From Phycisphaerae bacterium (lineage in GTDB: Bacteria > Planctomycetota > Phycisphaerae > Phycisphaerales > UBA1924): 64,000 bases of DNA. The translations under genes were made by a program, and so were the position numbers. The stretch lies in NCBI GenBank assembly GCA_030432255.1, contig JAUIHS010000023.1:3224-67223 (forward strand). Reading direction: 5' to 3'. Under the pieces are notes generated by a model that saw only the letters and a program-made list of their open reading frames with translations, had not been told where the DNA came from and did no database searches. Numbering within the stretch: the stretch's first letter is position 1; the number at the start of each line of letters is the position of its first letter. This document shows, in pieces, positions 30,001 to 39,056 of this stretch.

Positions 30001-33000
30001 CAGTCCACGAAGATCCCGCTTCCTGCCTGTGCCAGCACTGCGCCGCCGCCGCCCGCAGAGCAGTTGGTGAATGTGCAGCCGGTAAACGTCGCACGCTCAC
30101 CGCCGAACGACAGTCCGAGGTCGACGCCGCCACCCCAGGTGCCCGCCGTATTGCTGTCAAAGACACAAGAATCGACCTTGACGTCGCGGGCCGCATACAT
30201 GCCGCCGCCGAAATTCGGCGCCGAGTTGCCCTGAATCATGCAGTTGCGAATCGTCACATCGCCAACGGCATAGATCCCGCCGCCTTCATTCGAGACACCA
30301 CCTGTGATAGTGAATCCTTCGAAAACGACCGAGCCGTTGACAGGCTCAGGAATGTGCACAGCACGACCACCAAGCCCTGTTGCATCGATGACCACGGATC
30401 CGCGCCCGCCGGCACCCATCAGGCTGATGCCCTTGCCGCCCAGGTTGATCTGCTCGTTGTAGGTTCCGGCCGAAACGACGATCGACTGTCCGTCGCTCGC
30501 GTAGTCGATCGCCTCCTGGATCGTGGCGAAGTCGACAGGCACATGGTGCGCATTCGAACGGAACTCGATCGCACCCATGTCGATCTGCCCACCCGAGATA
30601 CGCGGGTTCTCGCGCAGGTCGAGGGACTCACCCGACGGCAACAGCAGATAGTCGCCGGCATCAATGGCTGGGGAACCGGCCGCGAGGGCCAGTTGCCCCG
30701 AACTGTCGAAGAGAGGGTCAGCATCAATGACGCCACTCCCCGGGCCCGTATACCCGCCCCGGACAAGACTCGCATCGACTGTGAGTACAGTGCCGCGGAT
30801 CTCGTCATCACTCGACGAGCCCGTGTTGTTCCAGACGATGGAGTTCGAGAGCGATGAACTCCCGGAGTCCATGCTGATACCGCCGCCGATCGCGGCCTCA
30901 TTCGTCGTGACAGTCAGGTTGGCCAGCGTCGCTGTCGTATCCGGGAAGAGGAAGACGCCTCCGCCGGAGGCCTGCGACTGGTTGCTCCGGACAATTGAAC
31001 TCACGACTATCGGGTCGCCACCCTTCAGTGCCACGCCACCGCCGATCGACGCGACGTTGGAACTGATCGTGCAGCCTCGAAGCAGGGGACTGGCGTCGTC
31101 ACCGGCGCACGCGCCGCCCCAGCCGACCGAGTTATTGCCGTCGATGGCCGTGAAGTTGATGATCGGTGAACTCCCCGTGCAGAAGATGCCGCCGCCTCGC
31201 CCGCCGGCGCTGTTCGCGCTCAGAATGGCATGGTTGAGGACCACGTCCGCCAGCGCTTCGCAGTACAGTGCGCCACCATCGCCGGCCGCAGTGTTGCCTG
31301 AAAAGTACGCATCGTTGAAGGCAGTCCGCACGTCGTCGAATGCAATGATCGCGCCGCCGACCGTGCCCGCCGTGTTGTTCATGAACGTGGTGCCGTTGAA
31401 GGAACCGTCACATCCAAACTGGATGAGCGCTGCGCCGCCTCCGGTGCTGGACTCGTTGTCGACGAACAGGCCGTCGTCAATGATCACGTCACAGTTGCCA
31501 TACGAGACCATCCCGCCTCCACTGAAGATGGAGACGTTGGAGTCGAAAGTGGGATTCTCGAAATAGGCGTGAGCATCGGTGAGGTTGAAGACGCCACCGC
31601 CAAACTCCGCGATGTTCGACCTGAACGTATTGGCCACCTCAAAGCGCGGGCTGCTGCCATTCCAGTTGATGACACCGCCGCCGTAGCCGCTCACCTCGTT
31701 ATTGATGAAGGTGCAGTTGCGAACGATCGGTGACGAGTTGAAATTGTTCAGCATCCCGCCGCCGTTGACCGCCGTATTCCCGTTGAAGGTGACGGATTCG
31801 ATCAGGGGATGACAGTCAGCCGTGTTGACGATTCCACCCCCGCCCGCATTGTCGCTGACGGAGTTCAGTTCGAAGAGCGAGTTCACGATGTGCGGATGCG
31901 ACTCAAGTTGGTTGAACATGCCGCCACCGCCACCACCCCCGTAGTTCGCCCGGAACACGCAGTCGTCGAGCGTCGGACTCGAATGATCGCAGAGCATGCC
32001 TCCGCCGAAAGAGGCCCGGTTGTCCTCGAAGAGGCAGGTCAGGAGTGACGGGTTCGACCCGCCCTCGCACCCCATGCCGCCACCGTCGTCTGAGAAGTTG
32101 TCGATGAAGTCGCACGACACGAGGATCGGTGAACTCCCCTGCCAGCACACGAGTCCGCCACCGAAATTGTCCGCGCTGTTCGTCTCGAAAGTGACGAACG
32201 TCAGTTCGGCGGTGGAACCGATCGTGACGAGCATTCCGCCACCGTCGCCAAGCGCCGAGTTCTGAGTCACCAGCGTCGATGTCAACGAGGCGGCACCCGC
32301 GACGCAGTAGATCCCGCCACCATCGAATGAACTGTTGCCGGTGATCGTGCAGCCCGTCAGGTCCGGAGATGAACCGTCACACAGAATCCCGCCGCCGCGA
32401 GTGGTGGCGCTGTTTGCCGAGAATGTGGTGTCGATCACATCAGTACTCGTGAAGGCACGGTCCGCCATCCCCGCGCCATGATCGGCCGTGTTCGCTGCGA
32501 TCATGCAGCGCTCGATGTCGATTGAGACATCCAGGTCGTTGAAGATGCCGCCGCCCGTCGGAGCCGCATTCAGGTCGATGGTGCAGTCATACACCCCTGG
32601 AAAGCCGAAGTCGCTGTAGATCCCACCACCGCTGATACCCGCTGAGTTGTCGCGAATCGTGCAGAAACTGAGAAAGGGACTGCCCCCGATGTTTGAGATC
32701 CCGCCGCCGTGCTCCTGGGCCGTATTCCCCTCGATCGTGCAGCCCACCATGTACGGCGCAGCAGCGGATTCATTGGCCATGCCTCCACCGGAAAGGGCGC
32801 TGTTCCCGACCAGCGTGACCGTGTCGAGGGCCGGAGATGCAGAGAGATTCATCATCCCGCCGCCAACGCTATTCGCGGCGTTCCCTTCGATCACCACGTT
32901 CGTCAACGTCGGTTCCGCGTGGGCGTCGTTGAACATGCCGCCACCGCTACCGTTCGCGAAATTGAACTCGATGCGGCAGTTCGTGAGGGTTGGCATCGCC

Positions 33001-33506
33001 TCGCCGCAATAGAACCCGGCCCCGTCGAGTCCCGTGTTGTTGGAGATGACACAGTCGCTGAACGCTGCGGTCCCGGAGTTGCAGAAGACGCCCCCGCCGA
33101 AGAACGCATCGTTTCCGGTGATCACGCAGTCTTCGAAGGCATGGCTTAGGTTCGCACAGTAGATGCCACCGCCACCGAACGATCCGAACCCGCCCGTGAT
33201 GGTGAACCCCTTGAGGTTCAGACTGCCGCCTCCGGTCCCGGCCGAGACGACCGGTGCAAACCCGTTCCCATCGATCACAGTCACCGCTGAGCCGTTGACC
33301 GACTCGATCGTGATGTCGTTGAATCCGGTGGCGATCGTCTCGAGGTAGACCCCGTCACTGACCAGCACGGTGTCACCAGGGCCAGCCGCATCGATCGCGC
33401 CCTGGATCGTTGCGTACTGCGAAGGCACCAGCAGCGTTCCGGCTGTTGAGGAGGTCACCAGCCACAGGGAAATGAGAAGGGCAACGGGAAACGTGAGTCT
33501 GCGCAT
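27009..33506 (-). CDS. Giant (about 2165 aa) secreted protein: two long beta-helix (PbH1/Pmp-like) repeat blocks, FG-GAP/VCBS-like repeats and a C-terminal dockerin-like module
   Basis: Track ORF 27009..33545. ATG 33506 has GAGGA 7 nt upstream and gives [23 protein letters not shown]. There are dozens of ...N.A..GGG(I/M/L/V)... repeats. A second [15 protein letters not shown]...-type beta-helix start occurs mid-protein. Late repeats read [37 protein letters not shown] and [13 protein letters not shown]. The protein ends [24 protein letters not shown]...[28 protein letters not shown]. Confidence 0.85.
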   Translation of the reverse strand: MRRLTFPVALLISLWLVTSSTAGTLLVPSQYATIQGAIDAAGPGDTVLVSDGVYLETIATGFNDITIESVNGSAVTVIDGNGFAPVVSAGTGGGSLNLKGFTITGGFGSFGGGGIYCANLSHAFEDCVITGNDAFFGGGVFCNSGTAAFSDCVISNNTGLDGAGFYCGEAMPTLTNCRIEFNFANGSGGGMFNDAHAEPTLTNVVIEGNAANSVGGGMMNLSASPALDTVTLVGNSALSGGGMANESAAAPYMVGCTIEGNTAQEHGGGISNIGGSPFLSFCTIRDNSAGISGGGIYSDFGFPGVYDCTIDLNAAPTGGGIFNDLDVSIDIERCMIAANTADHGAGMADRAFTSTDVIDTTFSANSATTRGGGILCDGSSPDLTGCTITGNSSFDGGGIYCVAGAASLTSTLVTQNSALGDGGGMLVTIGSTAELTFVTFETNSADNFGGGLVCWQGSSPILVSCDFIDNFSDDGGGMGCEGGSNPSLLTCLFEDNRASFGGGMLCDHSSPTLDDCVFRANYGGGGGGGMFNQLESHPHIVNSLFELNSVSDNAGGGGIVNTADCHPLIESVTFNGNTAVNGGGMLNNFNSSPIVRNCTFINNEVSGYGGGVINWNGSSPRFEVANTFRSNIAEFGGGVFNLTDAHAYFENPTFDSNVSIFSGGGMVSYGNCDVIIDDGLFVDNESSTGGGAALIQFGCDGSFNGTTFMNNTAGTVGGAIIAFDDVRTAFNDAYFSGNTAAGDGGALYCEALADVVLNHAILSANSAGGRGGGIFCTGSSPIINFTAIDGNNSVGWGGACAGDDASPLLRGCTISSNVASIGGGVALKGGDPIVVSSIVRSNQSQASGGGVFLFPDTTATLANLTVTTNEAAIGGGISMDSGSSSLSNSIVWNNTGSSSDDEIRGTVLTVDASLVRGGYTGPGSGVIDADPLFDSSGQLALAAGSPAIDAGDYLLLPSGESLDLRENPRISGGQIDMGAIEFRSNAHHVPVDFATIQEAIDYASDGQSIVVSAGTYNEQINLGGKGISLMGAGGRGSVVIDATGLGGRAVHIPEPVNGSVVFEGFTITGGVSNEGGGIYAVGDVTIRNCMIQGNSAPNFGGGMYAARDVKVDSCVFDSNTAGTWGGGVDLGLSFGGERATFTGCTFTNCSAGGGGAVLAQAGSGIFVDCDFVGNSGVGAAYVFDYGYIECINCRITDNAGPGLFAFNGAFLRTYNCLVARNAGSGIHIGTFVQADIVNCTVVDNVASSAGGGLSINQHQSNTRIENCIVWGNEDHFLVLPEECQIFPWDCGCDPEFDICDCENRPDICVAEPPGTDQVNIYASSIGSVTMNNSCIQDGWPWPDGAGNITSDPGFVDALGLDGMPGTGDEDFNLTGASACIDIGDAEKLIIRRDDFDLDQDGDFAEFHPVDLADNERLRNGRIDAGAFEAVGGPTHSTWIATELAEWSMPGAWSPGPPPPGSNAVVDGIDGSVYAPDDVEFAGLRIDNGSLHFVGAINEMTLTGDVYGGPLQIGVWSQTPARFQFDLSHLYSTPGQTLQVGELGTLGGNGTIDIDIENGGSINPAGIGTGGWLTVNHNYVGRFIDPFGRETIGDITIDLISSSPPPPGSITGSHDVLNLGPEADLDEGSLTVRAAPGLNPSVGTIYEIIRVAFDRTGTFDVAFLPGLPGGKFFRVVYDYDPPTRGTTQYNVFLIVDTLGARIDFSSAGTYSIDGLATDTAVGDLNGDGHTDLAVTIPGDTPGSPGSVLVLYNGGTTAGAWNGWGSAAQYAVGVDPISLDIGQLDDNPGLDVAVLNRGDDSVSILTNNGVGLLTEEAVINGVADDGRSLIVFDADMDGDDDVALTGLTFDNTLGLGSPAGLGLLTVLINQTSLVTRTVAFGAPMVFAANDDPGDLDPGDFDNDKDPDLAIAGRGPRKVAIFLNELTGSPSFSEQRLIDVGSFPAQLQSDDLNGDNLPDIVTGNRDGQSVSVILNRTSGTTLDTTGASEFVLDDPVRSIVAVDLDQDGARGVGDLDLAVVLEDGAGDGYITVLRNDSTATVAAFTNIGTVASGANYLFVDAGDVDGDGQADLITVNDSDGARSSSGADRGGEPDDDTIAVLLNGAGFLCEGDANDDGSVNFADLEILLEGWGQTVAPGSEGDVNFSGFVDFADLEVLLESWGAICSDS

Positions 33507-33592
33507 GGAATGTCCTCTGATCCCCCGAGATGAGTGGGAGAACATGCAAGTGTACGTTTCGTGTCTGTGAAACCCGAGAACAAACCCGCGCG

Positions 33593-33630
33593 GTTAAACG
33601 AAACAGCCCGTCGGATACACCGACGGGCTG
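33593..33630 (-). terminator. Rho-independent terminator after the RRM-protein gene
   Basis: An 11-bp stem, cagcccgtcgg (33604-33614) pairing with ccgacgggctg (33620-33630). On the - strand it is followed by tttcgtttaac. It sits about 30 nt downstream of the stop at 33662. Confidence 0.55.
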
Positions 33631-33661
33631 GGTTCATGTCTCATTCAATTTCAGACGCGGA

Positions 33662-33958
33662 TCAATAGCGACCGCGACCGCCACCGCCGCCGCCGCGGGG
33701 ACCGCGATCTTCGCGCGGCTTCGCGACGTTCACCGTCGCGGCACGACCGGCGATCTCGCGGCCGTTGAAGACATTGATCGCGTTCTGAGCTTCTTCGGAC
33801 GAGGAGAAGGTGACGAAGCCGAAGCCCTTGCTGCGACCGGTGTCACGATCCATGATGATCGTGGCATCATCCACCTTGCCGCATTCGCTGAAGATCTGTT
33901 CGAGTTCAGCAGCAGTGACGGAGTAGGGGAGATTGCCAACGTAAAGCTTGTTGCCCAT
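33662..33958 (-). CDS. RRM-type RNA-binding protein with Gly/Arg-rich tail
   Basis: 98 aa. RNP-2 is KLYVGNL and RNP-1 is KGFGFVTF. The C-terminal tail is RGPRGGGGGGRGRY. AGGAG lies 7 nt upstream of the ATG. Confidence 0.9.
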   Translation of the reverse strand: MGNKLYVGNLPYSVTAAELEQIFSECGKVDDATIIMDRDTGRSKGFGFVTFSSSEEAQNAINVFNGREIAGRAATVNVAKPREDRGPRGGGGGGRGRY

Positions 33959-34119
33959 GACGGGCTCCTATCGGCAGTCGGATCGAATCAGGAATTACGG
34001 GCCGAAAGGAGACTGCCATGCCTGCGGGCGCCGAAACGTGCGCAAGCGCACCGCGCTCGCACTGGAGCGACGAGTGTACAGCGTCCAAACGAGAATATCC
34101 ACCCAATTTCAGCAAAGGC

Positions 34120-35532
34120 TCAGATGGCCTTGCGGGCGCCTGGCGTGACCGCCCCGCGCACGCCGACCTTGGCCGTCGGGCCTGATCGCTGGGCCGCGAT
34201 GAAGTCGCGATACCAGTGGGCCGACGCCTTCGGAGTCCGAACCATCGTCTCGAAGTCGACGTGGACCAGCCCGAACCGCATCCGGAAACCCTCAGCCCAC
34301 TCGAAGTTGTCCAGAAGGGACCAGTGGAAGTAGCCGCGAACGTCCGCTCCGGCATCCATGGCACGCTGCAGACCCGCCAGGTAGCGGCTGGAGTAGTCGA
34401 TCCGCTGCGGGTCCGAGACCCGGCCCTGCTCATCGGGCCAGTCGAGGTTCGCCATGCCGTTCTCGGTGACGATCACGGGCAGGCCGTACCGTTCCCAGAG
34501 AAGTCGCACACCCCATTCCAGGGATTTGGGCGCAATCGGCCAGTCGAAGGCCGTGCGAGGCGCACCGGGCGGGAAGCTGACGACTTCCCAGCCATGCTCC
34601 TCCGATGCTCGCACCGGTTCACCGGCATAGATGTTGACACCGTAGAAGTCGAGAGGCTGGGAGATGATCTCCATGTCGCCCGACTCGACACGCGGGGCCG
34701 CATCGCCCCACAGCGCCAGGCCATCCTCCGGATAGTGACCGTGACACACCGGGTCGGAATACCAGGTGTTGTTCCAGTGGTCCTTGTTCCGCATCTCGAA
34801 GGTCGCGCGGCGGGCGGCCTCGATGTCAGCCGGGTCTTCTGTCGCCGGATAGGAAATGTGCCCGATCGGTGCCCACCCCACGACAGAGGGGACCTTTGCA
34901 TGCGCCCGGATGGTCTGCACGGCGCGGCCGTGGGCAAGCAGCGCGTGGTGCGCCGCGCGGAGGTGATCTTCGGGCGCGAGTTTCAGCCCAGGGGCATGCT
35001 TGCCTTCCTGATGGCCGAGGCCGATGAAACACTGCGGCTCGTTGATCGTGCTCCAGCGCGTGACACGGTCAGAAAGCCGGTCCACGATCACCCGCACGTA
35101 GTCGGCAAACCACTGGGCCGAGTCGCGATTGAGCCAGCCACCCCGGTGGTACAGGGACAGCGGGTAGTCCCAGTGGAAGAGCGTGACCATCGGGTCGATC
35201 CCGGCTTCGATGAGGCCATCGACAAGGCGATCGTAGAAATCCAGACCAGCCTCATTGATCGCGCCGGTGCCATCCGGGAGCACGCGGCTCCAGGAAATGC
35301 TGAAGCGGTACGCATTCACGCCGAGCCAGGAAAGGATACCGATGTCCTCGGACATCCGGCCGTAGTGATCACATGCTCGATCCCCGGTGTGGCCCTCGAA
35401 GACCGCGCCAGGTCGCCGACAGAAGGCATCCCAGACGGAGTCCTGGCGACCGTCCCGATCGTGAGCGCCCTCAATCTGGTAGGCGGACGTCGCCGTACCC
35501 CAGAGGAAGTCGTTGCCGAAAGTCCTTGTCAT
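34120..35532 (-). CDS. GH1 beta-glucosidase
   Basis: 470 aa. Motifs: FLWGTATSAYQIEGA, TINEP (acid/base Glu) and IVTENGMA (nucleophile Glu). Confidence 0.95.
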   Translation of the reverse strand: MTRTFGNDFLWGTATSAYQIEGAHDRDGRQDSVWDAFCRRPGAVFEGHTGDRACDHYGRMSEDIGILSWLGVNAYRFSISWSRVLPDGTGAINEAGLDFYDRLVDGLIEAGIDPMVTLFHWDYPLSLYHRGGWLNRDSAQWFADYVRVIVDRLSDRVTRWSTINEPQCFIGLGHQEGKHAPGLKLAPEDHLRAAHHALLAHGRAVQTIRAHAKVPSVVGWAPIGHISYPATEDPADIEAARRATFEMRNKDHWNNTWYSDPVCHGHYPEDGLALWGDAAPRVESGDMEIISQPLDFYGVNIYAGEPVRASEEHGWEVVSFPPGAPRTAFDWPIAPKSLEWGVRLLWERYGLPVIVTENGMANLDWPDEQGRVSDPQRIDYSSRYLAGLQRAMDAGADVRGYFHWSLLDNFEWAEGFRMRFGLVHVDFETMVRTPKASAHWYRDFIAAQRSGPTAKVGVRGAVTPGARKAI

Positions 35533-35593
35533 GCCATTTCCTTGCGTCGAGGCCGCAATCGTACATCAGTGACGATCACACGGGATGAGCCGG

Positions 35594-35638
35594 AGTGTAA
35601 AGAAGGTGTCGACGTCGCGTTTCCGCGGCGTCGACACC
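35594..35638 (-). terminator. Terminator-like hairpin between the CBM-repeat gene and the GH1 gene
   Basis: A 15-bp stem with one G-T, ggtgtcgacgtcgcg (35605-35619) pairing with cgcggcgtcgacacc (35624-35638), and a loop of tttc. On the - strand it is followed by ttctttaca. Confidence 0.5.
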
Positions 35639-35658
35639 GAACCAAGACTGTGAATCGA

Positions 35659-37500
35659 TCAGAGGCAACTCGTGTTCCAGTTGGCGAGCACCTCGTTGAG
35701 GTCGTCGAAGTTGACCATGCCGTCACCGGTGACATCACCGTTGGTACCGACAGGCTGAGTGGTGTTCCAGAAGGCGAGCACTTCGTTGAGGTCGTCGAAG
35801 TTGACCAACAGGTCACCGTTCGCATCACCGGGGCAGTCCGGAGCCGGGGTGACGACAGCCGTGACGTCATCCCAGATCGCGGCACCCGGGGCGTCGGCTT
35901 CCTGATGGAAGCCGATGAGGATCTGGGCATCGGTGGTGCCGGCGGGAGCCGAGCCGTTCACGGTCACCAGGATGTCGGTGTCCGTGGGGCTGGCGGCGTC
36001 AACACCGGCGGCCGTCTCGAAACCGAGCACGCCGCCACCGGAGTCCAGCCAGACGATGTTCAGGAAGCTGGTGTTGGCACCGGTCATGGGATCGACGCCG
36101 AGGTGACGCGAGTACGCGGTTGCTTCGACCAGATCACCCGGGTTGGCCGGGAGGTTCTGGAAGATGACGGTGTCATTCGGGATGCCGGCAAACTGGCCGA
36201 ACATGCGAGCGCCGTACTGGCCGGTGCGCGACTCGACGGCGTGCTGCAGGTTGGTGCCGGAGAAGCCGGCATTCGTCCAGCCCGGGAAGGGGCTGGCAGC
36301 GTCGGGCTGGAACTCGACGTTCGGGACAAAGGTCTCGAAGCCGGGGTTCACGAGGCCGGTGTTGGGGCCGTTGCTGACGAGATCGCTGTCATCGAAGAAG
36401 GCCGCACCCGCGGGCTCGGTACCGGCAGGGCCGGTGGGCTCGTCGGGCTGGAAGAGACCGAGAAGGATCCGCACCTTGGTGGCACCGGCGGGCGCCGTGG
36501 CGGTGGCGCTGCCCGGGGTCCAGACATCAGTGGGGGAAGCGCTGTCGAGCAGCGGCACAGAGGTGACAGTCAGGATGTCATCGCTGGCGTTCTGGAACTC
36601 AAGGTTCATGAACGCGATGTTGCTCGTACCCTCGGTGTTCATGCCGAGCGGGTCACCGGAGCCATGGAGGGCGGAGACGGATGAGGAGAACTGCTCGCCG
36701 GGCGCGGCCGGAAGTTCCTGCCAGACGACGGCGGAACTCGGAGCATCAGCGAAGAGGCCGAACATGAGGAGCGACTTGGCGCCATCGGTGGCCACATCGG
36801 CGTTGACCGTGGCGTTGAACTCGTTGATGCCGGGCTGAATGTCCCAGAAAGCGGGGCGATTGCCGGCCACGGCGTCAGCCTGCTCGAAGCTGGCGTTCCA
36901 GAGGCCAGCCGGGGCCGGACCGAGGTCCTCGATCACGAAGTCGTCCATGTAGATGGCGCCGGAGTTGAACTCGAACTGCACGAAGCCCGCAGTGAGGTTC
37001 GCGTTGGTGGCGCCCATCGGAACGATGCCCTCGACCACGAACTGAATCCACTGGTCAGTGGGATCGGACGCGTAAAGCGTGGCACCGCCGACGTTGTGGT
37101 CCACGCCGCCACCATTCAGGAACATCGTGAAGAAGCCGAGGTTGCTGATGCCGTTCTGGTCGCCGATCGGGTCGGCGCTGTTGTGACGGCACCAGACGGA
37201 AGCGCGCACGCGATGGCCGGCGACCAGCGCCAGCGAGGTGTCCTGGAAGATGCCCGTGTCGTTCTGGAAGAAGCCGTTGAACTGGCCGAAGATCTTGCAG
37301 GACGCGGCACCCGTCCGGAAGGTCGCCGTGTCACGCGAGATGTTGTCGATCAGGTTGAAGCCGAAGTTGTTCCAGCCGCTGAAGCCGGGCGGGAAGGCAA
37401 CCGACGTCTCAAAGCCACCATTCGTGACCTGACCCAGCGCCTGGGTGGGAAGGGCAGCGGCGGTGCCGCAAACGGCCATCCAAAGCAGAGCTCGTGACAT
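35659..37500 (-). CDS. Secreted protein with three CBM-like (N-G/A/P-x-FE) jelly-roll repeats and C-terminal dockerin-like module
   Basis: Track ORF 35659..37554. ATG 37500 has GGAGA 8 nt upstream and gives MSRALLWMAVCGTAAALPTQALG. Three repeats of about 170 aa start at VTNGGFETS, LWNASFEQA and LVNPGFETF. Each ends in a ...(Y/F/W)(M/F/W)DD... strand, as in CBM4/9/22-type modules. The protein ends CPGDANGDLLVNFDDLNEVLAFWN...GDGMVNFDDLNEVLANWNTSCL. Confidence 0.8.
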   Translation of the reverse strand: MSRALLWMAVCGTAAALPTQALGQVTNGGFETSVAFPPGFSGWNNFGFNLIDNISRDTATFRTGAASCKIFGQFNGFFQNDTGIFQDTSLALVAGHRVRASVWCRHNSADPIGDQNGISNLGFFTMFLNGGGVDHNVGGATLYASDPTDQWIQFVVEGIVPMGATNANLTAGFVQFEFNSGAIYMDDFVIEDLGPAPAGLWNASFEQADAVAGNRPAFWDIQPGINEFNATVNADVATDGAKSLLMFGLFADAPSSAVVWQELPAAPGEQFSSSVSALHGSGDPLGMNTEGTSNIAFMNLEFQNASDDILTVTSVPLLDSASPTDVWTPGSATATAPAGATKVRILLGLFQPDEPTGPAGTEPAGAAFFDDSDLVSNGPNTGLVNPGFETFVPNVEFQPDAASPFPGWTNAGFSGTNLQHAVESRTGQYGARMFGQFAGIPNDTVIFQNLPANPGDLVEATAYSRHLGVDPMTGANTSFLNIVWLDSGGGVLGFETAAGVDAASPTDTDILVTVNGSAPAGTTDAQILIGFHQEADAPGAAIWDDVTAVVTPAPDCPGDANGDLLVNFDDLNEVLAFWNTTQPVGTNGDVTGDGMVNFDDLNEVLANWNTSCL

Positions 37501-37603
37501 TGACTCATCTCCTCGATGGACGACACCTCCTTCCGGTGCCGTCATGGATCTCACTTATGATGTCGGCCTGCATCCGGCAGGACGCCACCCGCATGAAGCG
37601 TTC

Positions 37604-37616
37604 TGTAACAGTTACA
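37604..37616. promoter_or_regulatory. Candidate LacI-family operator, perfect 6-1-6 palindrome TGTAAC-A-GTTACA
   Basis: tgtaacagttaca lies 104-116 nt upstream of the CBM-repeat gene ATG (37500, - strand). Related copies occur at 38830 and 39008. Confidence 0.5.
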
Positions 37617-37789
37617 GACTAGCCCATCGAAGGGGGTGTCGTCAACGAAAATCCCGCCACGGACGACATCTCGCCGGAAGAAGCCTGATTTGGCCGGTCT
37701 GGCGGGGCTTATGGGCGGTTTGTCGCGGGTGTGCCGGGGGTTTCCAACCCCGAAGAACCGGAGCAGCGAACGCGAGTGCAGCGTTACAA

Positions 37790-38830
37790 TCAGCCGCGAT
37801 TCCTGGAATCGTCCAGACTCGGCGCCTTGTTCGGCGGTGCCGCCGTGGTCTGGTTGATCTCGAATCGCGTCGGCACCAGCCGACGGAGCGAACCGGAGGT
37901 CTGGCCGGACAGCAGGCGGGTCAGCCATCGCGCCGATTCAAACCCCAGTTGAACCGCGTCCTGGCACACCGCCGTGAAGGGCGGAAAGGCATGCTGACGC
38001 ACATCACTGTCATCGAAACCGACGAGGGAGAGATCCCGCGGCAGTTGCAGGCCCAGCGCCCTGCAGCGATGCAGCGCGCCGAGGGTGGCCAACGGGTCCG
38101 TGAAGTAGAAAGCCGTCGGGGGATCCGGCAGGCTCAGGAAGTACGTCACGGCATTCGCGCCGCCATCCATGTCCGCGACGATGTCTGCGATCAGCGCCGG
38201 GTCCAGTTCCATGCCGGCCGCCTTGATCGCATCGATGTACCCCGCGCGCCGGTCTTCGTGGTCTGTATCACGCACCTGGTGGACACCGATACCGATCCGA
38301 CGGTGGCCGAGGTGGATCAGGTGCTCGACAGCCTTGCGGCTCTCAACCCGTGACTCACTGCCAATGAAGTTCACCTCGGGCTCATCAAACCGATCCGCAA
38401 TCACGATGGATGGGAAACCCTCCGCCGCAATGTCGTGGCACACCTCGCGGGTGTCGCTGGAGGTTCGAAGGATGGCACCGCTCACGCCCTTCCGACGGAA
38501 GAAACTCGTGTAGCTCTCGTCCGGGGACTTGTCCCGGAAGATATTGAGGATGTTGACGTCGAAACGATGCTCGTTGATGCCTTGAAGGATGCCGCGCATC
38601 AGGGCGGCGTCGAAGCCGCCGTAATCGACCCGGCCCGGTTCCCATGTATAGGCCAGCGCCAGGACGCGCGACTGCGAGTCGTTACGTCGGAGGGTATACC
38701 CGACGCGCTCCGCCTCGGCGAGAACGGCCTGCCTCGTCGTCTCATTGACGTTCGGCTTGCCGTTCAGTGCACGCGATACGGTGGCGACTGAGACGCCGAT
38801 GTTCTTCGCGATCGTTCGTACAGATGACAT
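37790..38830 (-). CDS. LacI-family transcriptional regulator
   Basis: 346 aa. IAKNIGVSVATVSRALNGKPNVNETTRQAVLAEAERVGY is the LacI HTH. A periplasmic-binding-fold sugar-binding core follows. Confidence 0.9.
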   Translation of the reverse strand: MSSVRTIAKNIGVSVATVSRALNGKPNVNETTRQAVLAEAERVGYTLRRNDSQSRVLALAYTWEPGRVDYGGFDAALMRGILQGINEHRFDVNILNIFRDKSPDESYTSFFRRKGVSGAILRTSSDTREVCHDIAAEGFPSIVIADRFDEPEVNFIGSESRVESRKAVEHLIHLGHRRIGIGVHQVRDTDHEDRRAGYIDAIKAAGMELDPALIADIVADMDGGANAVTYFLSLPDPPTAFYFTDPLATLGALHRCRALGLQLPRDLSLVGFDDSDVRQHAFPPFTAVCQDAVQLGFESARWLTRLLSGQTSGSLRRLVPTRFEINQTTAAPPNKAPSLDDSRNRG

Positions 38831-38842
38831 GTAACAGTTCCA
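38830..38842. promoter_or_regulatory. Candidate LacI operator copy (TGTAAC-A-GTTCCA) abutting the lacI-family start codon
   Basis: tgtaacagttcca has one mismatch to the 37604 palindrome. It overlaps the first base of the regulator ATG (38828-38830 on the - strand). Confidence 0.35.
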
Positions 38843-39007
38843 AGCTTACCCACGATTGGGACGGAAGCAAGCGGGAGTGCCGATGGCGTGGAAGACTCGT
38901 TTCAGACGAGGGACGCGTCGGTGACATTCTCGGGCCTGATTCAGTCGGGAGTGGCACCCAATGATCGGAATTCTGTTGCCGCGTCCGGCCCGCCCGTCTA
39001 CTCTTGG

Positions 39008-39020
39008 TGTAACTGTTTCG
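39008..39020. promoter_or_regulatory. Candidate LacI operator half-conserved copy (TGTAAC-T-GTTTCG) upstream of the GH16 gene
   Basis: tgtaactgtttcg lies 37-49 nt upstream of GTG 39057. The left half-site is perfect and the right half is degenerate. Confidence 0.3.
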
Positions 39021-39056
39021 GTAGCGGTACGCGCCCACCCTGCGAGGAGATCACCT

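Noticed and set aside
34216-36684. An 822-aa + strand ORF spanning the GH1 and CBM-repeat genes. The same class includes 28323-30857 (+, 844 aa), 23677-25014 (+), 39051-40931 (-, 626 aa), 40714-42003 (-), 14959-15777 (+), 17014-17781 (+), 7443-8318 (+), 51531-52514 (-) and 54790-55539 (+).
   Set aside because: These are antisense shadow ORFs of well-supported genes. Their translations are Arg/Gly/His/Asp/Val-rich with no motifs. They sit in codon register opposite GC3-rich genes, which is where stop codons are rare.
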